A DNA stretch of 52,842 nt, taken from contig JAXLNO010000198.1 of assembly GCA_038087875.1 (NCBI GenBank), forward strand, positions 1 through 52,842, written 5' to 3'. This document shows, piece by piece, positions 23,993 through 35,981 of the stretch. The DNA is from Malacoraja senta (Eukaryota). The position numbers and the translations under genes were made by a program. Every line of letters starts with the position of its first letter. Position 1 is the stretch's first letter. The notes under the pieces were generated by a model. That model had not been told where the DNA came from and did no database searches. It saw only the letters and a list, made by a program, of their open reading frames with translations.

Positions 23993-24076
23993 CTAGTATC
24001 CATATAATTAAAAGTCTCATCTTGACCACTTCCTGTTTGCACTGTGCTTTGATTTTAGAAAAAACGCTACCACATA

Positions 24077-24760
24077 TAGGCTGTGGGCCGAGCATCAAAA
24101 ATGTGTCTAGAAATCATTTTCGTGACCCACATCTCGGAACTACATGAAATATTGCACAGATTTAGATGAACTATAATTGAGAAGGAAGTCATAAATCGTC
24201 AGTGCCAAATTAATTAATTAAACTAATTAGAAAATGAGATTGGAAAAGTAAGCGCCATCTAGTGTCCAATGCCCATAATACACCATGGGGAGCCTATTTC
24301 CGTGTTGCAGTCTATTTAGAAACATAGAAACATAGAAAATAGGTGCAGGAGGAGGCCATTCGGCCCTGAGCCAGCACCACCATTCATTGTGATCATGGCT
24401 GATCGTCCCCTATTAATAACCCGTGCCTGCCTTCTCCCCATATCCCTTGACTCCACTAGCCCCTAGAGCTCTATCTAACTCTCTCTTTAATCCATCCAGT
24501 GACTTGGCCTCCACTGCCCTCTGTGGCAGGGAATTCCATACATTGGGATTGGCCAATTTGCGTCCGACCTCAATGTCAAACATGCATTGATTGGGGCAAT
24601 TACTACTCAGAAAATTTGAGGTTTTTCTCATATTTCTTAAAAATGTGTAGGTTTTGGTCTTGACGAGTTTCAGGTATGATTTATATAATATTTTTACACA
24701 ATATGTTAAAAATTCAGGTAGTTCTGTGAGTTGGGTCACGAAACTAAACAAAAAAGCCTA
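24077..24760. mobile_element. Non-autonomous DNA transposon (TAG..CTA ends, 3-bp TSD ATA; Academ-like)
   Basis: ATA|TAGGCT...AGCCTA|ATA. Subterminal inverted repeat TTTCGTGACCCA..GAACTAC(A/C)TGAA at both ends. Confidence 0.6.
24317..24538 (-). mobile_element. CR1 3' end fragment nested in the DNA transposon
   Basis: (TAGAAACA)n tail; WNSLPQRAVEA..GYGEKAGTGY. Confidence 0.85.
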
Positions 24761-25070
24761 ATATGGCTGTGAGCTGTTTGGCCATCTTACTCAGTCCTCC
24801 TCCGCTGCGCAGGCCACAAGGATTTTTCACATCGATGAAAAATAAAAGACTTATTAGTGTTTAAAAAATCTTGAGATTCTCTCTCCTGTCAATCACCCCC
24901 ATGAAGGCCACGCCCCTTCCGGTGGGATGGGGAGGGGCTATACAACTCGAAAGTGTGGGCGTGCCTCAGTCTGTCTGCAAGATGGCGAGGGAGAGGTCAC
25001 AACTCTCGATCTGAGCTGGGAAACTACAGAACACTATGAGTATGCAATGTACTTGAATAAATGATTTGTT

Positions 25071-25436
25071 AGCCCTTAATGAAAATGAAATTAGTTGTTT
25101 GGCCTGCCCTGTGCTTGAAACTGCAATGGCAATGGAAATGAAGTGAAAATGCAATGAGCTGTTTGGCTTGGGCCTGCCCTGTGCTTGAAACTGCAATGGC
25201 AATGGAAATGAAGTGAAAATGCAATCAGCTGTTTGGCTTGAGCCTGCCCTGTGCTTGAAAGTGCAATGGCAATGGAAATTAAGTGAAAATGCAATCAGCT
25301 GTTTGGCTTGAGCTTGCCATGTGCTTGAAACTGCAATGGCAATGGAAGTGAAATGACAATGCAATGAGTTTTCGGCGTGCCCTGTGCTTGAAACTGCAAT
25401 GCAATTGGAAATGAAATGAGTTGTTTGGCCTGCCTG
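25071..25436. repeat. 70-bp minisatellite (~5 copies) inside Helitron A
   Basis: GTTTGGCTTG..CTGTGCTTGAAACTGCAATGGCAATGGAAATGAAGTGAAAATGCAAT at 25161, 25231 and 25301. Confidence 0.92.
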
Positions 25437-25870
25437 AATTTCGGCCCACAAGGTCCCTATTAGCCGAGAAACCAGTCCCTTTTGCCCAAAATGCCAGTAT
25501 TAGCCCAGGATGAGCATTTTAGCCCAAAACGACCGTTCCAGGCCAGGAAAAGTCCAGAAAAAGTGCCTTTTGCTGAGATACCAGTCAGATTATTTTTTAA
25601 GAGACCCTTTGGCCCATCAGGCCTGTACTAGCCCAGGGGTTCCTTTGGCCCATCAGTAAGTATTCTCCCTGCAAGTATTAAACCTCACCCCAGTATTTTT
25701 CTCCCTCCCTTCATTTGCTCACTGTGAGATCCACGCCAGGATAGACTTTCCTCCTTCATTGCTGTGATCTGCAGAAAAAGATGAAAAATTTCCAAAATTG
25801 ATTCTCCACCCTCTCTCCCTTCTCTCTCACAGAGTCTCTCACCTGTTTTGGGCCGAATTTCTGGCAGTTT

Positions 25871-26006
25871 CTGAGCTGCCAGCCCACCAGGCCTGAGTGA
25901 CTGAGCTGCCAGCCCACCAGGCCTGAGTGACTGAGCTGCCAGCCCACCAGGCCTGAGTGACTGAGCTGCCAACCCACCAGGCCTGAGTGACGGAGCTGCC
26001 CGCCCA
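25871..26006. repeat. 30-bp minisatellite (~4.5 copies) inside Helitron A
   Basis: CTGAGCTGCCAGCCCACCAGGCCTGAGTGA tandem. Confidence 0.95.
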
Positions 26007-26202
26007 ATAATTCATTTGGTCCACAATGTCTATACTAGTCCTCTGGAAACCAGTCCCTTCGGCCCACAACACCCATACAAGCGGTCTAGACCCCCCCCCC
26101 CCACTGGCCAGCAATATTGGAATTGGTGGAGAGGTGGAATATTGCGTTGGGGGTCAGTCCACCCGTGTGAACATGGGACCCAACGGGTCCCACTTAGTCT
26201 AG

Positions 26203-27396
26203 TATATAACTAAAACTCTGATCTTGTGCTCTTCCAGTTTGCACAGTTTTTCTATTTGCGCAAAAACGGTACGCGATAGCGCTACGATTTTTCATCAGCT
26301 CACTCACCGTTCTGTGCTGTGAGTGCTCCAAGTTTCGTTCTGATCGGTGGTCTATTGTAAAAGTTAGCAAGGTTTAAAAATCTTAAAAACCACACGTGCG
26401 CAGATCGATCTCCTCTCCATCCAGTCAGCGCCACGCAGATTGGTCTCTTCTCCTGTCACTCCATGGGATGGTTCGCCCCTTCCTGCGCCATCGCGTCTTT
26501 ACTGGAGCTGAGGTTGGCCGGCGGAGATCTCCAATTTTCGGAGGGAGTGGAAGCGGCCCGGAATCAGAGATGTCGCCAAACAGAAAGCGATGAATCTGAT
26601 CCCGGCGGAGGAGATGTCCAGCTCCTGTTGTAAGTCCAAAATGCACCGCCATCACAACGCCCCGCAGCTCCAGCCCCTTCCCCTCTGGTCCCCCTCGCTG
26701 GCTCTTGCCCCCTCACCCGTGACACCGCCCTCTCCCACATGGCTCTTCCCCGTCTTATCTCCGAGCTCTCCCCACCCACGCCCACACGCCGGCACAGTCG
26801 TAGCTGCTGGTGCTTCCGGGCCAAGCCGAGGATCCACACCAATGGCTGATGCTCCTCCGGAGCACGCAAGAAGGGAGAGGAGTGGAAAACTTGAAATCCT
26901 GGGGAAGGAGAATAGGGGGAGGGGAGAGGGGATAGAGGGAGAGGAGGGGAGTAGGGAAGGGAGAGGAGTTATGGAGGGAGGGATGGAGTAACTGAGGGTA
27001 GGGGAAAGGAGAGGTGAGGGAGGGATTGGGGAGGGGAGGAGGAGAGGGAAAAGAAGAGGGAGGAGGTGAGGAGGGAGAGAGGAGGAGATAGGGGGGGGGT
27101 GAGGAGGTGAGGGATAGAGGGATAGGAGGGGTAGGGAGGGGAGAAGAGTTATGGAGGGAGGGAGGGAGGGAGGAAGGGAGGGAGTGACTGAGGGTAGGGG
27201 AAAGAAGAGGTAGAGGGATTGGGGAGGGGAGGAGAGGGGAAAGAAGGAGGGTGAAGAGGAGGGGGAGGGAGTGCTAGGGATGAGGGGAAATGAGCTGCAC
27301 ATGTGCAGTTGGGGGCTATGGGTGAATGGTGGAATATTGCGTTGGGGAACCAAGCCTCCTGTGTGACAGGGACCCAATGGGTCCCACTTAGTCTTG
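26203..27396 (+). mobile_element. Non-autonomous Helitron-like element, family B, directly after family A
   Basis: 5' TATATAACTAAAACTCTGATC; G/A-rich interior 26890-27290; 3' GGGACCC-AAT-GGGTCCC hairpin, then CTTG (variant CTAG) and T. Confidence 0.68.
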
Positions 27397-27517
27397 TATT
27401 TCCTAAACGCTGTGACAATCTTTGCCTCCACCACACCCTCAGGCCATGGATTCAAAAAACTCCAACCATCCTCTGGGGGAAAAAAACCTGATCCTCATAT
27501 ATCTCCTCTAAAAACCT

Positions 27518-27640
27518 CTTTAGGGTCCCAACCCGAAAGATCACAAATCCATGTTTTCCAGAGAAGCTGCCTGACCCACTGACCTACTCCAGCACTTTGT
27601 ATCTTGTTGTGTATACCAACATCTGCAGTTCCTTGTTTCT
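27518..27640 (+). mobile_element. Degenerate Penelope-type terminal-repeat fragment
   Basis: AGGGTCCCAACCCGAAA..GCTGCCTGACCCACTGA..CTCCAGCACTTTGT..CATCTGCAGTTCC. Confidence 0.55.
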
Positions 27641-29502
27641 GCAGCATTTTAGAAGTGGTTCGATGAGCACCTGAATCACCAAGGCATAGAAGCCCCTGGG
27701 CCAGGTGCAGGAAGATGAAATAACCATGAATGGCTTCCCACTGGTCAACATGGACATCTGGGCTGAAGGCTTATTTCCATGCTGTACATAAAGAAAATAA
27801 CGGTACACAATATCCCTGATGTGGCCTCAGTAACTGTACATGCTTTTATCTTCTGCGCCCTGACTAACTGAGAGTAGCATCCACTTTCCCTTCAACCTGT
27901 GCTGCCACCTTCAGGGATCATTGGACTTGTACAACATAGTTCTCTGTTCCTCAATACTCTCCAGAGTCCCTATGGACAATTGCCTCAAGCATTCACAATC
28001 TTTCCATGCTGGGTATCCTTGTGAGATATTTAAGTCATTTCCTGAGATAACAATAGAACTCAAAAGATCAGGTGACATCAGTGGAGACAGAAACACTGAG
28101 TTTATTGGCAAAAAAATTCCAATAAAAGACAATTGACAAAACACATTAACTGTGCATTTCTCTCCATAAATAAAGTCCTACAATGTGAATATTTCTGCCT
28201 TCACTATTTTATTTTGAATTTTAGTCACCTGCAGTATTTTTTCTTTTGCAAAACGTTATCTTCACAATGAGGCAACTCTTGCGCAACAAATTGTCTGCCA
28301 ACCTCCACCACCTTCCTGCCGATATCATGCACCAGTCCCTAATGGGCTCCCGTGCTCTCAAAGGTAGTTTAGGCCACTGTAATTTTGGGTGCCAAAAACA
28401 ATTGTTTCCAGATCAGGGGCAGGGAGAGATGAAGCTGCATTGACTGTGAGCGTTTCTTGCTGCTAATCTTTTGGACAGGGGGAAACATATCCAAGTGTAC
28501 TTCACCATCCCTCTCCCCAAGGAATGACAAATAAACCTACCATCCATTCATCCCCTTGATTATCACTGTTTGATCACCTTCTTCTGTCCAGTTTAAGAGG
28601 AGTGGGTGCCTCAAGACGTTTTATTCCTCAAGCTCTTCAACACATTTATTTCTTTATAGAATTTCTTTTCTTCTCGTATTCTTTCCTTGGACACATGGTT
28701 CATACTTTTAGTGACAAACATCTTTTTCATGGCAATGTTCCTCTTGTGTCGTTGCTATTTGAACTATACTGTAGGTGTTGTTGACAGAAGTCTATGACCA
28801 GACAGTACTGCTATTCTATGGGGTAACTCAGATATTGAATCAAATGATACTAATTAAAAATGTCAGATCCCTGGATATTCATATCCAGTGATTAATTGAT
28901 CCCTGGATATGAATGGCCATAAAAGAGATGAATCAATGGTCATACAATAAATATGATCCATTGAAAACTCAAACAAGCCCGACTGAAGCTTGAACTCAGG
29001 ATTAGATGTAATTATATTTCATAACATACGAACTTATCTCCTATGACGTATTACAAGTAATTCATTCCACCTCTTTTTCTTTTTTGATATTGTAATTCTT
29101 CTTTCTCTCTATTTTTCTTTTTCTATCTATATTAAAAAAAAAACACTAGAAGCAGAATTAACTGACAATTGACAAATTTAATAATGTATGAGTGATTGAT
29201 GTATATGAAAAGTTTTTTCTTCTCCTATTATAATATGTTACTCTACATTATAATATGTTTGCTTCTAATAAAAATTTATATCACGAAAACTCAAAATGAT
29301 TTTCTGGTACAGCACAATATCATGTTTTTGTTGCATTGAGAAGCATGCACTAATATTCAAAATTATCAATGACTCACTGCTTCACAGGTATCCTTCATTC
29401 AAATGAACACATACACCACCACTAAATGGTCCTTACAATGATTGAATTTGAAGTGCCATTTTATACATGTTTGTTCAACTAAAAGACCCTGACTTTTCTT
29501 TT

Positions 29503-29788
29503 AAGAGATACAGTGTGGAAACAGGCCCTTTGGCCCTCCGTCCCCACAGACCAACAATTCCTACACTATCCTGCACACACTCGAGGCATTTTACAATGTT
29601 TACCAAGCCAATTAACCTACAAACCTGTACGTTTTTGGAATGTAGGAGGAAACCGGAGCACCTGGAGAAAACCCACACAGGTCACGGGGAGAACGTACAA
29701 ACACCATAGAGACAACACCCATAGTCAGGATCGAACCCGGCTCTCTGGCGCTGTAAGGCAACAACTCTACTGCTGTCCCACCATTCTG
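29503..29788 (-). mobile_element. HE1-type V-SINE, near full length
   Basis: Minus strand has a tRNA head with GGGTTCGATCC and the V-domain GGGTTTTCTCCAGGTGCTCCGGTTTCCTCC. Confidence 0.88.
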
Positions 29789-29881
29789 CCAACTTCTTGG
29801 GATACCAAAGTCCAAATCACACAGCAGCTGGAAATCAGAAATGTAAAGAGAAAATGTTGACAATATTCAGCAGATTAACTG

Positions 29882-30923
29882 TAGGTATGTTACAAAACTT
29901 ACCTTCAGCGGCGCTGCAGTTCTGTCACTGCCCGTGTGCGCGACTTTGGCGCCTTTGAGAGGGGGGCAGGTTAAAAATGCGGTATTTCTCCAGTCTATTC
30001 AAATCGATTTTGAACAGGCTGTTTAGAAGCTGACGAAAAATCGCTTCGACATCGGTTTTATTAAATTTATTTTAAACTGCACTGGATAATTTAATAACTG
30101 GAGTAAATTAAAAAGCATCTTCTAAAGCCATCAACGCCGACAACGGGGACGGATTTCAACGGGAACAGGTAAAAAAAAGCCGTTTATTTTACATATAAAC
30201 TTGCTTCTTAGGATGCCTTTAATCAAAATTTTACGTTGCGAAAATGTGATTATGTAAATATACAAACCGGCAGTATTTTTCCTGCCGATATGGGGTTTAA
30301 ATTCACCGCAAATGCAACGTTCCAAATGATCGCTTTCCACAATATCCCACTCGCAAGATGATTTAAATAGCCATTAATTTACGGGAATTAAACACAAAAT
30401 TCCTTCCATTTGGCCTATAAATTCATGACAATGAGATTTAAAAATCATGTTATATTGTGAATTCTTGTGTGAATGTTATTTGGACACTTAGGCTATTTAA
30501 AAATGTTAATCTTTTCTTAAGAAATTGATAGATGTTTCGATCTAGTAATTGACTTTTGTAATTAGCTACAATTAGGTAACTAACTAATTATATGCTTTAA
30601 TTTCAGGTCATCCAAGTAAGATTGTGTCATATTTGTTTCAGAATGCTTCAATCTATAATAACTGAAATTTTCATTCAGTTCTCTTAATTTTTAAGAAAGT
30701 TATTGGCTTTTGACTGTCCTCGATCACAGCTTTTGAATTAAGTCAACGGAAATGCAATAGGGAACTAGATGCTAATTTCCGAGTATGAAAATGGCCATAA
30801 CCTTTTTAATACGGAAGATATGAAAGTGAATTAGGTGTCAAATTAAACTTCTTTTTATGCTTTATCTGATAGGATAAATTGCAGACTTGATTTTTAAAAT
30901 CTCAAAATTGTGTAACATTGCTA
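29882..30923. mobile_element. Non-autonomous DNA transposon (~1.04 kb) with imperfect TAG..CTA terminal inverted repeats
   Basis: TAGGTATGTTACAAAA versus reverse-complement end TAGCAATGTTACACAA. AT-rich non-coding body; no clear TSD. Confidence 0.55.
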
Positions 30924-31253
30924 TTAGATGGTTCCAACACTAACAATCTACCACTCAGCATTCCATCCACATTCACACCAAATCCACACCAATTAATTTT
31001 AATTGGTTATGTTTTGGCAAAATTGTAAAATAGAACTGATTTGAAACAAGTAATCAACATTTAGTTCAACAATTCCAGATCATAACCCTTCTTACTTTCC
31101 TTGAAGACCATAGCATGTCGATCAGACTGCCATGCTTGAGAGACATGATCTGGCTTCTTCATCCATGAATGAATCACCTGCTCGGTCATCAGATCTTACC
31201 TCCCCCAACCATCGGTCTCCCCAAACATTATCTGCATTACCTGATGCTCAATG

Positions 31254-31730
<477 letters not shown>

Positions 31731-32074
31731 CCATTCTCCATTCCCCAGCCTGTGAACAAAAATGCTATTTACATAACACGTGAATTGGTTTATTTAACAA
31801 AAATTGGTTTATACAAATTGATTGAAAAACTACTGACATTATCATATTGGACTGCGACCACGTCACTGTTGTTTTTATTTTAATAATTACAAAGACCATG
31901 ATATTTTAACAATAGCAGCTGAGAGTTGAGACAGCTATTGACTGTGAGCAGTGAAAGGTTCACATTTGTTTTTTGGGACAGACCGATGGAAGATATTCTA
32001 ATTTAAAGCAAGTAGCTCCTGATCTTATCATTTTACCAGTATCGTTTTCACTCATTTATCCTATCTTATCCAAC

Positions 32075-32296
32075 TTTTTCATCTACTCCCTACAAACTAA
32101 GGGCAATTTAAGGAAGCCAGCTAAATACCAGCTAATGTCTGTGGTATGTGGGAGGAAACCATTGTAGCTGGAAGAAATCCAAGCAGTCAAAAGGAGAGCG
32201 TTCAAATCACGCAGACAGCACCTGGGCAGGATCAACCCCGCGGGGTACCCTGTCACTGTGAGGCACCAATTCTACCAGCTGTGCCACTGTGCTACC
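32075..32296 (-). mobile_element. Old degenerate V-SINE
   Basis: TGTGGGAGGAAACC..GAAGAAATCC..CAGACAGCACC..GATCAACCC..CTGTGAGGCA..TGTGCCACTGTGC pattern. Confidence 0.55.
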
Positions 32297-32349
32297 AGGA
32301 CATTGGCCATCTTTACTACTTCCTGAACTTCCTTCCATCAGAAGGTAGA

Positions 32350-33615
32350 AATTAGGTTAATTGCTGATGATTCCACAATGGTCGATGCCTCAGAAAATTA
32401 AGCAGCCCATCCAGTAAGACATAGACAATATTCAGACATGTGCTAGTAGTTGACAAGTAACATTCCTATCACAGAAGAACCAGGCAATGACCATACCAAA
32501 CAAGAGAATCGTACCACATAGCTTCCACATTTAATGCCATTACTATCACTGGGTTGGAGGAATCTACATCTTGGAGGTCATCAATAACCAGAAACTCAAC
32601 TGAATCAACCACATCAATATGATGAGGGTCCAGGGGAGGTTTACGAGAATGATCCCAAGAATGAGTGGGTTAACGTGATGAACATTTGACGGCACTGGGC
32701 CCGCACTCACTGGAGTTTAGAAGCATGAGGGGGGACTTCATTGAATCTTACCGAATAGTGAAAGGCCTTGATAAAGTGGTCGTGGAGAGGATGTTTCCAC
32801 TAGTGTGAGAGTCGAGGACCAGAGGCCATAGCCTCAGAATAAAAGGAGGTACCTTTATGAAGGAGATGAGAGGAATTTCTTTAGTCAGAGGGTGGTGAAT
32901 CTAAGTAATTCATTGCCACGGAAGGCTGTGGAGGCCGTCAATGGACATTTTTAAGGCAGAGATCGATAGATTCTTGATTAGCACTGGTGTCAGGGGTTAT
33001 GGGGAGAAGGGGGGAGAATAGGATTGAGAGGGATAGATAGATCAGCCATGATTGAATGGCAGTGTAGACTTGATGGACCAAATGGCTTAATTCTGCTCCC
33101 TGAACTTATGAACTTATGATGGCTACAATATCAGGAAAGGGAGTAAATGTCTCACTTTCTGACAACCCCCAAGCCTTTTTCACAATATACAAGGCACTGG
33201 TCAGGAGCATAATGTAATGCTCCAGTTGCCTGGATGAGTGCAGCAGCAGCATTCTTGATAATATTCAGGACAAAACCATTCAGCCACCCTCAACATTCAC
33301 TCCCTCTACAGTTGGTGTACAGAGGCTGCAGTAGGTGCCATCTATAAACTGTACTCTGGCTATTCACCCAGATGACTCCAAAAGAACATCCCTATTGCAT
33401 GTTTCCTATCAGCAGAAAATAGAAGGGTAATAGGTTCATGCAAACATCACCAACTGCAGCTACTCCTCCAAATCACCCTCAAGAGTACAAGAGTCTTAAA
33501 CAGAAGGACTTTATTGATTCGAGAAGGTCACTCAATGTCACCATCTCATAGGCAATTAGAGATGGGTAGTAAATGCTGGTGCTGCCAGACACACCCAAAT
33601 CCCAATGCTGAATAT
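32350..33615 (+). mobile_element. Ancient CR1/L2-group LINE remnant interrupted by a CR1 3' fragment (32625-33118)
   Basis: TTGCTGATGAT (FADD-like) and a GGCAATTAG.GATGGG..TAAATGCTGG tail. The inner copy has CR1 3' coding sequence and a (TATGAACT)n tail. Confidence 0.55.
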
Positions 33616-35981
33616 AAAATACATATGGCTTCCCTCAGAAATTAATCTCAATCCTGCATCTGCAACATGACAGAGAATATTGGTTTATTATTGTTCCATC
33701 TGCCAAGATGCAACGTTTGTTTGCATGCTATCCAGTCAAATCACACCGTACATGAGTACAATCAAGCCCTGCACAAGTACAACAGGTGAGAGAAACAGAG
33801 AAAAAAATATGATGGCATTAAAACTAATTTTAACCAATGGTTCTACAACTGATTTAATCTCAGTACAGCCTTTGCCAAGAAAAGCTCTCAACATTTCTCA
33901 ATACACTGTTGCATTTCATCTTCAAGATTTCCTCTAGAACAGAGCTAATCTACAGGACAATTACAAAACTGCATCATCTACTATTTATAGAAAAGGTTTA
34001 GAGACAGTTGGGTCAAATACAGGGCAGGTGGCATCAGTGTAGGTGGGGCATCTTGATCAAAATGGGCTGAAAGACCGGCTTACGTGCTGTATGAGACTAT
34101 GACTATGACCTCGAACCAAAATCAAAGTCACCCCAACCTTAGTAATTGAGCTACAGAATGTAAGCAGCACATGCATTTGAAGCCAGTTTCAAGTAATTGT
34201 TGACTCAGTCACTTTAGCATACAACAAAATGAATCTTCATGATGTTCTGGAAGTATAAGGCACGCACTGGGATCCCTTAATCTGTCTTCAGTTGATTAAC
34301 ATGTGCTTCTCAGTAAAGGGGAGATTTGCAGCCATTTGGCCCAGTATTTGTAATCCATAGATCCCATCTATGTCAACCATCCGGTGTCATTATTACAGCA
34401 AATTTCTTAACAACCATTAACTTTTAAAGACGTGGAGCTGTGATGAATACACTGTAATTGTTTTTAATGTGATATATGGAATGTTTATAACAGAAACTTC
34501 AAAATTATTGTTGTGACATTTGTAAGTGTGTGTAACTTGCATCAATGTGGAAGTTATGTCATTGGTGAACTGTTACAAGTTGCAACAAAATCAGGCCCAT
34601 CATATGAGCTGCAAAACTGTTCAATATCTGTGTTGCACCGGTATTGGTGATTGTTAACTCTTACCCAAGTTGGACTGCAGTATTATAGTAACATTTTGTA
34701 AATCAAAATATACCCACTTATACTGAACCAAAGGTTAATGGCTAGCATCATAATGCCTTTGGTGGTTATGATCCACTTTTTGAAGTCAACTGACTCTGTT
34801 GACTTTCAAAACATGAACTGTTTTTGAAAGGGTTTATAAATGTAAAAGTTACACACACTCTTTGTATCAAATGAAGAATGCTCCTAAGCAAACTTCAGAG
34901 CCAAGCAGCTATATAAGATCACAATATGAGATCACAATAGATCACATATATAAGATCACAATAGCTCCACGCTTACTTGGTAAGGCAGGGACTGATCAGG
35001 ACGTCAGAATGTTTTTGTGCAAGGAGGATCATGTCTCACTAATCAGAATGCGTTTTTAAATAGGTAGCCAAAGATATTAATGAAGGCAGGGGAGTAGATA
35101 TTGTCTCCATGGACTACAGTAAGGCTTTTGGCAAGATCCTCCATGGTAGACTAACTCAAAAGGCACATGGAATCCAAGGCGTGTTGGTGAACAGAATCTA
35201 AAATTAGCTCAGTGAGAGGGAGCAGAGGAGAGTGGTGGATGGGTATTTTGCTGACTGGAGGTTTACTCTAACAAGCTGTGTGAAACAGATATCCTTATTT
35301 GTAATATATAAAAAATGTATATTCCTATTTACAAATGTAAAAATGTAAGCTAGGATCTTCCTTATTTGTAATATATAAAAAATGACTTGTTTGAGAATGT
35401 AGGATGTTATCAGTCTGCAGCTGATTGTTTAAAGATGCAGCAGGTCATAGACCAGCTGTAAATTTGGGCAGAGTGGTGCAGATGGAATTTAATAGTAAGA
35501 TTAAACGAGAGCTTACCAGTTTGAAGTTTGATCTTTATTTTATGAGGAGTTATGTTGAGGGATTACGTGAAGAAGACCCCGTCCAGCCGCACACGCGTCA
35601 ATCTTCAAAGCAGCGGAGTGAAAATCACAGACGATAATTACTGAAGTATGATAGTAAGATGCATAAAGACTAGAACTACCAGCTCGATCCTTTTATGAGG
35701 GTGGGAGCGGAGGGCACGTAATCCCTCAACGTTACTCCTCATAAAATAAAGATCAAACTTCAAACTGGTAAGTTCTCGTTTAATCTTACTATTTTACTTC
35801 GGAGTCATGTGAGTGACTACGTGAAGATTTCAAAGCTCTGTGATTTCACACCGTGGATTAAAATCCAGGTGCTCACTGCACTGATTGACTCTATTGAGTA
35901 AGCACAATCAACAATGCATAACCACAACATTAAATGTAATCAGTTAATGGTTTTATTTATTTTAACAAATTAACCCATTTA

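Larger units (their letters stand above)
23999..26202 (+). mobile_element. Complete non-autonomous Helitron-like element (family A) with nested insertions and internal minisatellites
   Basis: A|TCCATATAATTAAAAG 5' end; 8-bp hairpin TGGGACCC-AAC-GGGTCCCA (26174-26192), then CTAG|T at 26199-26203; no TSD. Confidence 0.72.

Noticed and set aside
23560..24000. Structural relationships across the N gap
   Set aside because: The gap size and the orientation of the join are unknown, so adjacency across it was not interpreted.
25071..26006. CRISPR-like appearance of the 30-bp and 70-bp arrays
   Set aside because: The units are contiguous with no unique spacers, there are no cas genes, and the context is eukaryotic.
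27911..28784. Short ORFs in less repetitive DNA as possible host exons (also 33680..33937 and 42966..43256)
   Set aside because: No recognisable protein similarity or consistent splice-site pairs. A small exon cannot be excluded without RNA-seq.
29030..29275. Possible L1 3'UTR remnant; also a possible ancient SINE at 6560-6720
   Set aside because: The similarity is weak by eye (TTGCTTCTAATAAAA and T-rich tracts), too little to list as a feature.
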